Source of the DNA: Podarcis melisellensis | Lineage: Eukaryota | Reading direction: 5' to 3' (one strand) | NCBI GenBank assembly: GCA_964234715.1 | Contig: OZ174275.1 | Length of the DNA stretch: 64,000 bases | Shown: piece after piece, positions 1 through 13,055 of the stretch | Layout of the letters: every line of letters starts with the position of its first letter | Position numbering within the stretch: the first letter of the stretch is position 1 | Notes under the pieces: generated by a model | Database searches by the model: none | The model's input: only the letters and a program-made list of their open reading frames with translations | Told to the model about the DNA's origin: nothing | Translations under genes and position numbers: made by a program

Positions 1-121
1 GTGTTAGAAGCTGCCCAGAGTGGTTGGGGCAACCCAGTAAGATGTATGGGGTATAAATAGTAAAATTACCATTATGGAATGGGATGTCCCTATTTTCATC
101 AGAAAATTGTTGGAGAGTATG
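1..121. mobile_element. Right end of a hAT-like non-autonomous element carrying an L2 3' tail (truncated by window edge)
   Basis: L2-tail-like gaagctgcccagagtggttggggcaacccag followed by the terminal motif gtccctattttcatc...ttggagagtatg, which recurs at about 16978, 17817 and 17962. Confidence 0.5.
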
Positions 122-167
122 CTTTTAGCCTCATCTTGGGTTTTTTTAAAATAGCTCTGACCCCACC

Positions 168-530
168 TGTTATGTACTGAGTTGAATAGGATCGAAAAAG
201 CAGCAGTCTGATTGGTCCTAGAACAATAGGATTCAGAATGCAGCAGTCTGATTGGTCCTAGAACAACAGGGTCCAGAATGCAGCAGTCTGATTGGTCCTA
301 GACCAATGCAGCAGTATGATTGGTCCGCAGGAGCCACCCAATCCAGCTCCAGGTGGAATTGAATCCGCAACCTGATTGGCCTACAGGAGAATCCCAGAAT
401 TAGCCAATCAAGTGCGACCCATTGTGTAAATAATGTATGTAAAGCAGATATTTTGGGGAAACTTTCATTCCTCACTACTATGAGCTGAATAAAGAGCATG
501 AAATCCACACTCGACTCCGAGTATATTTCA
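168..530 (+). mobile_element. Solo LTR (363 bp)
   Basis: TG...CA termini, 5-bp TSD CCACC (163-167 / 531-535), AATAAA at 488-493, internal 40-bp tandem repeats with ATTGG. Confidence 0.85.
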
Positions 531-1286
531 CCACCCCTACTCAGGCACATGTACCCTCCCATTTAAGTGACAACTTGGTGCATCTCATCTGACAATCTGC
601 TGTGGCCCACAAAAGAGTGTCTTCAATGTGGCCCAGGACTCTGCTGCAAGAGACTTATACACCAACCCTCCTGGGTCGTAGGCTGGAACTGTTAGCAAAT
701 AATTGAACTAGATGGCTTTTGAGATCCCTTCAAACTCTATAATTCTGTTCTACAACTAGTACTAAGGGGGAAATGGTCTTTTGTCAGCCAACAACCCTTG
801 GTGTCCTCATTGAAGAACCCTTGCTGTGCTTCCAGCCAAGGTTTCTTAAAACATGACTCAAAAGCAACAGGTACATATTATGCAGCTAGGGTTATTTGAT
901 TCATTTCAGTTTAAAGGAGTAAAGTTCAAATCAGCCTTCTTCTTCTACTGCTTGATCTGAGAGGAAAGTCTCTCAGGCGCAGGTCCCCATCAAGGTGGGG
1001 CATTCCAACAATCCTGGGGGGAAATAATAAAGTTTACTATCAACGGCACAACTCAGATAAGCACACCTACAATTAAGAGAGCTGTCACTCAATATATTGT
1101 GTAGTAATTCTCTTAATGCCAAGCACCCAATGGGTTGTAAAAAACATTTTTTCCCATATGACTCATGCCACCTTTATTTTGTTAAGCTGCCTTGTAGTAT
1201 ATTGCTATGGGAAACTCGTGTTTATGGTGCTTGCATTGCAGTCCTGGGCATATTTATTCAGTGAGTGTGTACAGGATTGCCTTTTC

Positions 1287-1428
1287 AAGCTGCAGTTCAG
1301 TGGTAGAACATCTGCTTTGCATGTAGAAAGTCCCATGTTCCACAAAGAGCTAGAGGAGACCCCCTGCCTGAAACTCAGTCTACTCTAGACAATACTAGGC
1401 TAAATGGACCAGTGGTCTGCCTCAGTAC
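1287..1428 (+). mobile_element. Old tRNA-derived SINE (related decayed copies near 27050-27215, 30375-30515, 49575-49710, 51635-51805 on minus)
   Basis: A-box-like gctgcagttcagtggtagaacatctgctttgcatg head and tail gacaatactaggctaaatggaccagtggtctgcctcagta. Confidence 0.55.
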
Positions 1429-4400
1429 AAACACACCATACCTTGAAAGCACTCTTATAACACCTGGGGAATCCTGGGAACTGTGGTTTGTTAAGAGTGC
1501 TGGGAATTGTACATCTGTGAGTTCAGTGCCTTTAAGAAACTACATTTCCCAGGGTTTTTTGGGGGAAGCCATGAGCGCTTTAAATGTATGAAGTGGTTGT
1601 GACCTAAGGCAGTTCCTTATCTTCCATGAACCCCACAGTGGCTTAACAGCAAGAGTAGGATGCCAACACAAAGGGCCACCAACGTATTCTAGTTTTCAAG
1701 GTACAGCATCCCACAGGCATCATGGTGAGTTCTGACACCTCTTTTCTAGAAAAATAGCACTGCTTAACAGTGTCTATAAATGGCTTCCCGAAGAAGATAT
1801 ATATATGTCTTGATAGAGTGTGCTGGAAACCAGCCCAAATTGCACCCCCTATGTGAGCCCCACCCCTTGGGCACTGCTACTTAGCCATATATATGTGTGT
1901 GTGTGTGTGTGTGGTTTTTTTTTTTTTAAAAAATACATAGTTACCACAGCAACAGAGGGTGAAAAGCTTAATGTTCTGGAACATGGTGATTAAAGATTGT
2001 TACAGAAACAGTCGCTCCATTATGTTATCATGGCAGACACATTGAATCATAGAGCTGGAGAGGGACTATCTAGAATCATGGGATCATAGAGTTGGAAGAG
2101 ATCTCGGAGGTCATCCCGTCCAAGCCCCATGTTCAATGCAGGATCGGCAATGCAGGATGTAGCTACTGCATCCCTGATGGATGGCCTTCCAGCCTCTGCT
2201 TAAATATCTGCAATGTGTTCCACTGAAAACCTGGAGGGCCTCTGTACAGGGTGGGAGCAACTCTGTGGAACTCCAAGGAGATTCATCAGGCTAGAGAAGC
2301 AATAAAGAGCTCTTCTCTTTCTGTATTCCATAATAAGGCACTTAAGGGTACTTAAGTAATGGACCTTATCAAAACATTTTTTGCTGCTGCTCTTCTTCCG
2401 ACCTTATTTGCCAGTTTTTATTTCGCTGAAGCTTTGCAGAGCAATCCTATGGTTGGGGGGAGGGGGAAACGTAGCTTGTTATAAGGGTGCTAGGAACTGT
2501 AGCTGTGTGAGGGATAAACTACCATTCCCAGGATTCTTTGGGGGAAGTCAAGTGCTTTAAATGTATGCATTTCCATGAAAACTAGAATTGTTAGCAGAGA
2601 GGCTGTTGCCACAAAGAGCATAACTGAAAATAAAATTGTGAGGAAATCTACTTTTGCAAGACCTCAAGACTCCTCCATCTTCCAAATGGCCTACTGCAAA
2701 CTGGAATAGCAAATTGTTATCCTACCCGCAGCAATGGTTCGCTGAAACTCACCTCACACATCGAGAGCTAAGATGTTGAGAGAATTCACTCAGTTCCCAA
2801 TGGCAGCCTACCCCTTTGTGTTCTTTACCGAAAGGAGAAGACAAATATGATGTTATAACATGCCCACAGAGTTCTGCATCTTGGATGCCCCCAGGCAAAG
2901 GCCCAGTATACCTTCTAGCTAATTTGTAAGCAACTAATTCCTCCTTTAATTGTATTTCCCTTATGCCCAAGTTTGTTACTTTTCATCTTGGATGTCATCT
3001 ACAAAAAGGCTCTTGCTGCTGATCACTGGTTCCTATGTTGTCTCTTGTGATTAATTAGATTTAATCCTTTTGCTACACAGCAGAAGTAAGGAGAGGCAGA
3101 GTCTCAGGCTACTACAGCAGCTAAGGAAAGAGGCTATCTTTGGTAAATGTATGTTTTCTGAAGATTCTTTGTCCCATAATTTTCTTCCACCTTTGGAGGA
3201 AGTCAGGTGCTCTGAATGTGTGGGGCATACACAACCTAAGCACATTTTTTAAAGCCAGCTTCATAGAATCGTGGAGCTGAAGATGGATCTTCTAGGTCAT
3301 CTAATGCAACTCTCTACTGCAGGAAACCCAGGGTCAGAGCATTCCCATGTATGGCTGCCCAGCATCTCTGCTTGCAGTTCACCAACCCTACATAATTGGT
3401 TGCATTGCTGAACTGCTCAAATGTTTATCTTAATGTTCTGGTGAAATCTACCTCCTATAACTTGAGCTTGTTCAGTCTAGCCCTGTTCTCTGCCATATAT
3501 TTGCAAAGGGTGATCTCCCCATAGGACTAGTTTTCTGTACCCCTAACCATCTTCTCAACCTATCACAGGGGTGTCTGCATCAGGGGCAAAGACCCTGTTG
3601 CCATCCAAAAGTTACTGGACTCCAACAAGTGTGGCAACAGTACTGACAGATATCACAGCGGTTTCTTTCAAAAACCCCACTGAAAAACATGATTTCTCCA
3701 TTTTCCATGCCTAGACCAGGCATCTGTTGCCCCTGTGGGTGGCAAAGGGGCCAGCTCTGTCATTAGACAGAGTGATATGGCCACCTCAGGTGGCAAATGC
3801 TAACGGGCAGTGGCAGAAACCCTGGCTGTTTCCCCTGTGTAGGCCGTCCATCCTGCCCTGTGCCCCTTAAACAGAAGCACTGTGCACAAAATTTGGCCCT
3901 GGATTGCTCTGGGTCAAATATGGTCCACTCAGACTGATCTAAGGCTGTCTAAAGTGGGAGGTGTACTCACTGTGAGGAGAGGGGGGAGGAGATGCACAGG
4001 CACCCTATGTGTGTGTCTCCTTCTTCCCACCCCATGACTGTTTACCAGCAGGGCTGTTCAGGGCCTAGATCCAACTCAGTCCCAGATTGTATTGGGGCCA
4101 CTCCAAAACACAAAATTAGGCCCTGAATCAGATGGGGTGGGGTGGGGATTGTGCACAGCCTCGGGTGCTGCCTCAGGCACCATGAAGGACCCTATCCCAA
4201 TTGCTGTGTTGGAGTGGGGTTCAGTTGCCAGTCCAGTTGACCTGTGGATGGAATAAGGAGAGGAACAAACCCATCTTCGTCATCACCTCTACCAGCAAAA
4301 AGTCATAGCCAGCCTTGGTCTGCGAGTCCTGTTTTCACACCGAAATACTTCACTGCTCATAGTCTTTCAATACCCGGATTTAAGGGATCAGCTAAACATA

Positions 4401-4919
4401 TTTACCAAGCATGGATTAAACAAGTCTGAGTGTAATCATTTTATCTTTATCTAACGTGTTACAGGATTGTAAATAAGCCCTGGGATGCTAATTTCAATGT
4501 ATACAAACCTAAGGGTACAAAAAAAAAAATGACCCCAAACCTCCCCTGCAGCATCAACAAATTAATTTACATAAAGAGAAACAGAGGACTAAACTAAATT
4601 TATTAACTTTAAATGAGTTCAGAAAGCTGCATGTCTTGGCAAGGAGGAGCTGGGTAGGAGTAGCGGAATCAAAACCCTTTTCAAGATCTGAACTCAGTTC
4701 CACTTTGAAGATTGTGTCCTCAACCAACCTCTTCTCTTATTTTAGTCACTGAAAGCTATTTACTGTCAGGCTCGAGGCAACTTAGGTGTGGGGGAAACTT
4801 CTTGCCCAGCTGGAACATGTCCTTGAACTGCGATAAAGCCTCTTGCTTGCATTGATGACGAGAAATGTACATATGGAAGGAGTGTGGCTGTAGAAACCTC
4901 TGACTTTTGTGTGGCTAGG

Positions 4920-5046
4920 CAGAGCTTTCCAAACTTTTCAAGGTTAAACTAACCCTTTCTAGACCCAGGAAGAGTGTTCGTGTGACACACCTACACACTT
5001 CAGCCGACGCACCAACGTGTCATGACACACAGTTTGGAAAGCTCTG
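4920..5046. mobile_element. hAT-type MITE
   Basis: 16-bp perfect TIR CAGAGCTTTCCAAACT; ggctag on both flanks. Confidence 0.7.
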
Positions 5047-5892
5047 GGCTAGAATATAGCCCACTGTACAAAGCTAAGAGTCACATCCAATGCCCTACCC
5101 ATTTTTGCCCCAAGGCCCATCCACCAATGGCATGTGGCCCTCAAAAGGTTCTCCATGAGAGAATACGGCCCTCAGGCTGAGAAACATTGATAAAAGTTCC
5201 CCATCCCTGCCTTAGACAATTATGTTCTCAGGCCCTGGTATCTGTTATATGAGGAGATGACTGGCCCATCTTAAAAGGTTATTGTAAAGGTATTTGTGAA
5301 GCACTTGGAAGTTTATTATTATTATTATTATTAAGATTTATATACTGCCCTTTATCCCAAGATCTCAAGTTGAAGTGCACTAAATGAATGGGGCAATAAA
5401 TGCAGGAGGAATGATGTCCCTCCTCATCCTTCCCTCCAACACTTGTCAGGAGCTTATCATGCCTGAAAATGCTGTCGCAGGGATGTGTGGACAGCCTTGG
5501 CCCTGCTTCCCAGGTAGGCTGTTGGTTCAAGTAGCAGTTGTAAGGTATGAGTTCCAGGAACATTGCTTAGTCTCCTCATGTATCCTTGGATGTATCTGGG
5601 AACTGTGTGCTGATGGTTGGATTCTATGAGATAGGAGAGTTCTCACATGCGCCCAATAATGTCATCAGAGTGGCATTCCTGGGGGGCTACTGATGCAGAA
5701 AACTTTCCTGGGGGCTGGTGAAGTTTTTTGGTACTTCCCTTCCATCATCATTTGCAGATGTCTACACAAGATGGTTCCTAAGAGCAGTAATGGATGGTGA
5801 GGAGGGGTGTTGTATCACTCACGTGATCTCTCGCCAGTCAAACCACTGCTGCTTACCAGGAAATAGAGCAGTAAGGCAGCAGGGAGGCTGAT

Positions 5893-6150
5893 GAAGAAGA
5901 AGAAGAGGAAGAGTTTGGATTTGATATCCCGCCTTTCACTCCCTTTAAGGAGTCTCAAAGCGACTAACATTCTCCTTTCCCTTCCTCCCCCACAATAAAC
6001 ACTCTGTGAGGTGAGTGGGGGCTGAGAGACTTCAAAGAAGTGTGACTGGCCCAAGGTCACCCAGCAGCTGCATATGGAGGAGCGGAGACGTGAACCCGGT
6101 TCCCCAGATTACGAGACTACTGCTCTTAACCACTACACCACACTGGCTCT
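5893..6150 (-). mobile_element. tRNA-derived SINE with (CTT)n tail (Squam3-like)
   Basis: Head agagccagtgtggtgtagtggttaagag on minus; near-identical copies at 11112-11307 and 48627-48875. Confidence 0.8.
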
Positions 6151-8307
6151 CAATGCAGCGCAAATGTCCCAGCAGGAGCACCAGACTGCCTCCACTGTTG
6201 TGTTTGCGCCGCGCCAATCTCGCTGCCGCCTTACCCCATCCTATCTCCTACCTAAAGAGCAGCAGCAAAACATACAGCTATAGGTCAGGGGAGTGGCAGT
6301 GCCCCACTGCTGCCTCAGAGGCAGCAAAAGATTTTTCTGCCTGGGATGGATGACAAAATGCGCCCCCACAATTCTGCATCCAGAAGTTGATTAGACTAGC
6401 ACCTGGATGTTGGAGGTCCTCCATTGCAACAGGTAGCATCAGGCCCATTTAAGGGTCAAAAGGTAGGCTTATCTAGCACACACAGTGCTGTCCCCCCAAC
6501 ACCTCACCACTGCTCCTCACCTGCTTCCCTGAGGCAGCTGCTTCACTCTGCCTAACAATAGGGCTGTCTGTGCTTCCTGAGATGTTCCAGACAGAATTCA
6601 TCTGTCTGAAGACTGTGTTCCAGCCAGAATATTTCCTCTGATGATGAGGTTTTCAGGTCTTGAGTGAAGATAACCCCTCTGCAGCAGACACTGCCTTTGG
6701 CTTTCACCCTTTTCTGCTCTACCTGTGTTTCCCAAGATCAAGGCAAATGTGTGCATTTGTGACACACTGCAAAAATATGTACAAATTGCTGTCCCCCCCA
6801 AAAAAAAAAATTCTGTCATTATGAGTAGGTGGGGTAGGTGCTTTTCAACAGAGCTCTGTTTCTGTTTGTCAGCTGGAAAGGATAAAATACAACACTGTGT
6901 TTCCATTTGCCTCATAATAGGATCTGAGTGCTTGTTATGTAAATTAGATTTCTGTTAAAGTTCAGTTTTAAAGAAAGACTAAGTGCCTATTTAATTGAGG
7001 CCACTGCTGTAAATGCTTCTGTAAATTTCCATTCAGTCAATGAGACAGGTCATTCTAGCATGGAAGAAGTAAAATGAGGGAGGGAAGGGAAGGAATGAAA
7101 TATTGAAAGGCCAATTTTGAAAACAGGCCTGTATTCTGTGCTCAAACATGCAATATTTAAGAGGCATTATTTTAATTTTTTTACTTTTAAAAAAAGTATT
7201 TCTTTTTAATACACAAATGTTGCTAACAGAACTGCGTAGAGCTATGCTAATGACTCAAACGGATGCTATTTTGTTCTGCAAATATTTTACGAGTTCTTTA
7301 CGCAAGTACGAATAAAGGCATAAGAGGAACTGGCTTCCCAGTGGATGTAGATGTTCGCTCTGCAAGACTGCGCAGAGCATGCAGAATTATCTATACCCTC
7401 CTGGCACAGAGATATGTCTAATTACACTGTTTTCACTACCTAATCAAATGGAGTTCCCAGGAGTGGAATATTCTAAGTCTTTACAAGAGGCAGACAACTC
7501 ACTCAAAACTGAACACTGGAATCCAGGCACTCAAGAAGCTCCTGTACTTGATGGTGAAAGGAGATCACAGCCCTTGGATAGCTGTGCTGTATTCTGGAAC
7601 TCATTGTTTCTAAGGGCAACCAGGTGCAAAAGGGGAGAGCAGAACTGTTGTACATTTAAAAAACAGCAACCCTCATTTCCCAAATGTAGTTCTTGCTGGG
7701 GTTTTATTTGAAAAAAGTGTATCTTCCCTTTTCGTTACCGTGGCAATACTTAGGGCAGCTGAAACCTATTTAAAATATATTTAAAATTATCCAACGAAAA
7801 CAAGCTGACAGGAAATTGTAATCTATGTACTTCCCAGAAAGTTGACTAGGCTGACACCTAGGGCGGATTTTTCTTACATTGGCAAAATGTCCAGGGAAAC
7901 CCAGACGTACGGCAAGTAGGGCATTTTTTAAAAAAATAAATGCTTTGAAAATCCGAAAGTCCCCAAACTTTCTTTGGGGGGGGGGAGAGATGTTCCCCCC
8001 AAAAGCTCAACAACCATGTCCAGATTTTCACTTTTGGGAATATGGTAACCTTATTTTAGGTTAAGTCAGGCAACCTTCCTTGAGATGTTAGTTGGGGCCA
8101 GGTCGGGGAGATAAACAATTATGAATTTCAGAGCCTCCAAGGGGTTAGCGTGAAAAGCGCAAATTGAATAGGCTTCCTTCTTCAGAGGATTAAAAAGGTT
8201 AAGGTTTATACCAGTCGGTTGGAATAAGATGGAGATGGGGCAGGGCATGGTGCTTGCTGTCCATTTGAGTGCAAGGCTACAGCTATGGAAGAAACAGGGA
8301 CCTTTTG

Positions 8308-9653
8308 GCTTCCTGTTTCTGCCTGTGCCCTCAAGACAGGGAGAAAAACAGATGGAGATAAACAAAGAATGATTGATCGGGGGGGGGGGGGCTCATTCTT
8401 TGAATCCCTCTCTGGGTGGGAGAGGAACGGGCTCTCATCTGCAGATTGCCCTGAGGTCTGGCACTCACTTCCCTGGAGGCAATGAGACTACAAGGATTTA
8501 AAGGTTGGAATTGAGATAAAGTTTCATTCGGTGCCAGAGACGGTGGAGGGGGGGGGAGCCTGTGATTGTTTTTCAAAGTTTTTCTTTTACATTTCTGATT
8601 CGTCAACCCTCCTCGGAATGCAAGGTTAAAACATAATATAAAAAGTGAAGGTGGAAGAAACTGGATTAATAACATGAAATTTAACATCAAACTGGAACTG
8701 TGCGTGAGAGATGAATGGAATGGAGGGGGGGGGGAGTTTCACCCTTTGAAAGGACTATGTTAGAATATAGAACGAAACCACCCCCACTCTCCGTTATTTT
8801 CAAAGGAATGCGAAAGAGACTGAAACAATTTGGAATGTAATCTAACTGGAAAGATAACTGACTATAATTTTTTCAGCTGAAAGGAGTCTGCCAACTGCAA
8901 GGTCAGAGGTTTTCTTATTAATCATTGGCAGTTTGGAATCAGACCGCTCTTCCTAGGTTGGAGGGGGCAGTGGCGTAGCGTGGGGGGTGCAGGGGGGGGG
9001 GCCGGCCGCACTGGGCGCAACATCTGGGGGTTAGGGTCAGGGGGTGCAAATCCACGGGTTAGGGATTTACTTGCCTTGCCCCGGGTGCTGACAACCCACG
9101 CTACGCCACTGGGGGGGGGGGATGGCAAGGATTTGTTGAAACAGAGGGGTCTCTAGCAAACTCTTGAATCACAGGAAAAAGTGATGCAGAGGCTTTTGGA
9201 AAACTATGAGACAACCGCTTCCTCTGAATCATGATGGGGAATATTAACAGTTGGAAGAATGAAGGACACAACACCATATATGGTTGGGACAACATCCTGG
9301 GGAGGAATTACCACACACAGGAAAGAACAATAATTACAGACTAGCTCATTTGAAACGTTATAAATTACTTAATATATCGACACAAATTGAAACCATAAGA
9401 TTGTAGCTATTATATAGGGGATTACTATCTTGAAGGGAATGTAATTGAAATTATTAAGATTTTGGAACGCAGAAAATAAAAATAAAAAACAAAGAGGAAC
9501 CCATCAAAACTATCATGTGAGGAAGTCACTTAAACTGTATAATTCGGTATATAAATAATTGGTTTTAATAACTGGATAAAATTGGCATTGTTACAGCGAG
9601 GCTGTTATTGGAACAATATTGGAAAATCAATAAAAAAATATATTTATCACAAA
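8308..9653 (+). mobile_element. Short internally deleted L1-like retroposon
   Basis: 19-bp TSD aagaa(a/g)cagggaccttttg (8289-8307 / 9654-9672). A-rich 3' end with AATAAA. L1 ORF2 C-terminal-like peptide VTARLLLEQYWK near 9590-9625. Confidence 0.7.
8968..9111. mobile_element. hAT-type MITE (144 bp)
   Basis: 17-bp TIR CAGTGGCGTAGCGTGGG; 8-bp TSD 7/8 (ggaggggg / gggggggg); second copy at 22363-22524. Confidence 0.85.
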
Positions 9654-10660
9654 AAGAAGCAGGGACCTTTTGAGATGCCAAAGCTATGAGCCCTTCCCGA
9701 TCTTAGATCAGGTTGCATATATGTGTAAATAAACCATAGATCCTAAAGACACCAGCATCTCCACTGTGCCTCATTTGTCTGAAAGGAAGCATAGACCCTG
9801 GTTTAAGGCATGCCTGCAACCCAGGAATCTCGCATCACTCGAAGAGATTGGTAAGTACACAGTTTGAACTTGTTAGCTGCATTGTTAAACTCAAGGCCGA
9901 CCAGCAAGCCCGTGAAACGTCTGCCATTAAGGTTTATTACTTCATCAATATTGTGGACTACGGTATGTAATACCTATTGCTCCCATGAGTCAGCCGGTCT
10001 ATTCCAGAGGAACATGCTGTTTGCTTCCAGGTGTCAGATCAGAGACAAGGGGCCTGTGGATTCTGGCATAAAGAGGGAAGGCCTGTTCTATCCCAGGACT
10101 GTAGATTCTGAACAGCATGTTGCGCAAACTGTATTGTTTAGCCCAGCAAGTGAGATTTCCTTTCCCTTGGCTAATGAGGAATTCGTGCTGGCAGGCTGCA
10201 TTTCAGACACAGTGATCACGAGGCAGGACCAAACATCAAAAAAGGAGTGGCACATCAGAGGAACTGCAAATTGACTTTTGGAGGCCTATCTCTGTTTAAA
10301 AACAAGAATTGGGAGGAAGCACACTGGATGTGCCAACTTTTGTGCTTTGATTTAAATACTTTTTTTTTAAAGCAAATTCTCCCAGTCCTCGTTTGCCAGC
10401 CTGACTTTGTCCTCTTATTTATTACAGAATTAAGTTATTACACCCTGCCGTTCTGCCATTCCTGGCTCCCAAGGCTGATTACAATCAGAGTTCTGTAAAA
10501 CGGTATGTCAAGATCAAATCAAACCACAATAATCGATAAAAGAAAAGTGAGTAAAAGTAATCAAAAGTTATAAGTGCTGCCAACACAAATTCAAAATGTT
10601 GAGAAAAATACGTAAAGTTTTAAACTAGACATCTAAAAGCCAGTACTGTGGGTCGACCAA

Positions 10661-10662
<2 letters not shown>

Positions 10663-10698
<36 letters not shown>

Positions 10699-11104
10699 TT
10701 ATTATTTATACCCCGCCCATCTGGCTGGGCCTCCCCAGCCACTCTGGGCGGCTTCCATAAAAACAAAAAATACAGTAAAATCACACGTTAAAAACTTCCC
10801 TGAACAGGGCTGCCTTAAGATGTCTTCTGAATGTCAGGTAGTTGTTTATTGCTTTGACATCTGCTGGAAGGGCGTTCCACAGGGTGGGCGCCACTACCGA
10901 GAAGGCCCTCTGCCTGGTTCCCTGTAGCTTTGCTTCTCGCAATGAGGGAACCGCCAGAAGGCCCTCGGCGCTGGACCTCAGCGTCCAGGCAGAATGATGG
11001 GGGTGGAGACGCTCCTTCATGTCTACTGGACCGAGGCCGTTTAGGGCTTTAAAGGTCAGCACCAACACTTTGAATTGTGCTTGGAAACATACTGGAAGCC
11101 AATG
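10663..11104 (-). mobile_element. L2 LINE 3' fragment with (TTA)n tail
   Basis: ORF with LHWLPV..QAQFKVLVLTFKALNGLGP...RAFSVVAPTLWNALP, the L2 ORF2 C-terminus; microsatellite tail. Confidence 0.9.
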
Positions 11105-11111
11105 CAGCAGC

Positions 11112-11307
11112 AGAAGAAGAGTGTGGATTTGATATCCCACTTTATCACTACCCTAAGGAGTCTCAAAGCTGCTCACAATCTCCTTTCCCTTCCTCCCCCA
11201 CAACAAACACTCTGTGAGGTGATTGGGGCTGAGAGACTTCAGAGAAGTGTGACTAGCCCAGGGTCACCCAGCAGCTGCATGTGGAGGAACAGAGAAGAGA
11301 ACCCGGT
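11112..11307 (-). mobile_element. Squam3-like SINE, 5' truncated
   Basis: Matches 5893-6150. Confidence 0.8.
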
Positions 11308-11958
11308 GCTTGGGAAAGGCATTCCATGCATAGTCTGGGTGCCACCACAAAAAAGTCCCTGTTTCTGATTAGCTTCCCACTGCACCAAGACTAAGGCTGC
11401 TGAAGATTATTTTAATACCTGGTGAGGATCATATGGCATCAGGCTTACAATTATTAACTTGGTACATTCATATCCACCTTTCCTCCAAGGAGCTCAAAGT
11501 GGTGTGCATGGTTCTTCCTCTCCCCATTTTATACTCACAACAATCCTGTGAGGTAGGTGCCTGCTCTACTCTCAGCTGACTCAATTCCAAAAAATAGTGG
11601 GGAGAAGGCTCTGTTTCTGTTCCCCTCTAGGATTCATAGTTCAGGGTCTCCTAGCAGTGTCTACTTTGTGGTGGCACCCTGACTCTGGAATGCCTTCACC
11701 ACTGAAGTTACATTTGCCCTCCTTGTTTGCCTCCAGTTGTCAGTTGAAGGTGCTCTTGTTTACTCATGCTGATATTTTGTTGCCTAAACCTCCTTCCTTG
11801 TAGGTTTTTCGGCAGAGGTTGGATGGCCATCTGTCATGGATGCTTTAGTTGAGATTCTTGCACTGCAGGGGGTTGGACTAGATGCCTCTGGGAGTCCCTT
11901 CCAACTCTATAATTATATGGTTCTATGATTAAATGCTAATAGTAGCAACTGATTAAAA

Positions 11959-12324
11959 AAGTAAAGGTAAAGGACTCCTGACAGTTAAGTCCAGTCGCGA
12001 ACGACTCTGGGGTTGGTGCACTCATCTTGCTCTATAGGCCGAGGGAGCCGGCGTTTGTCCACAGACATTTTTTCTGGGTCATGTGGCCAGCATGACTAAG
12101 CCGCTTCTGGCAAAAGCAGAGCAGTGCACGGAAACGCCGTTTACCTTCCTTCTGGAGTGGTACCTATTTATCTACTTGCACTTTGACATGCTTTCAAACT
12201 GCTAGGTTGGCAGGAGCTGGGACTGAACAACGGGAGCTCACCCTGTTGCAGGAATTCGAACCGCCAACCTTCTGATCGGCAAGCCCTAGGCTCAGTGGTT
12301 TACACCACAGTGCCACCCGCGTCC
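11959..12324 (-). mobile_element. Sauria SINE (Squam1)
   Basis: tRNA-like head ggacgcgggtggc...ggttcgaat and (ACCTTT)n tail; similar to three other copies. Confidence 0.9.
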
Positions 12325-12730
12325 TGAAGCAAGTGATACTGTATTTTAATTATTTTGTTATTTTACAGATATATTGGGCTTTTGGGTGTGTTTTATCTAT
12401 TTGTTTTGTCATTTGCTCTTCTGCTGAACATTGCCCTGGGCTCCTTTTGGATGAAGGGGATTCATAAATCCAATAAATAAATACAGACTACGAAGCCTCA
12501 CCTCGATGACTCTTTCCCTAGCCTGATCGTTTTGGCTCTTGTACCTGCTGTAGCATTTGGATCCCTGGCCTTATTTCTTTTCCCGTTTGCCTTGTAATTG
12601 TCCCAGTGACGACAAGTTTCAAAGAACACTGAGTTATGAGTCAACTCTGAGAAAACAAAGAGTGAGGGCAGGAAGAGTAGAAGAGAGGGGGATTTGGAGG
12701 CTGGAAGTGGAAATAGAGGCAGCACAGGTG

Positions 12731-13055
12731 TGTTATATATTATTATGAATCAGGTGCCATAATCGTTTTGCAGTTTTTGTGAGCTGGAAGCAGGGCAGCA
12801 GGCTGGGAAGACACACACAGAGAGAGCCATGCCTGATTTCTGCTTGGATCTGAGCCTGTGGCTATGGGAGAAGCAAGACCATCTTGGAGTATGAATGCCG
12901 TGAACCCCTCCATCACAGGCTCAGGTTTTATATGTGTAAATAAACCATATGTCTTAAAGACACCATCTTCATGCCGAAGCAAACACAAAACCTGGGTAAG
13001 GACCTGGAAGCCCTGGAATCTCGCAATGCTCAGAGACCGGGGTGTCATCCACCAA
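12731..13055 (+). mobile_element. Decayed LTR-like repeat (family also at ~8200-8307+9673-9851, 38549-39524, 46423-46680)
   Basis: Shared blocks gctatgggagaagcaagacc, tgtgtaaataaaccatat..taaagacacc and gagactggggt. Confidence 0.55.

Noticed and set aside
200-330. Regularly spaced 40-bp repeats resembling a CRISPR array
   Set aside because: The spacers are near-identical, the context is eukaryotic, and the array lies inside an LTR with TSDs.
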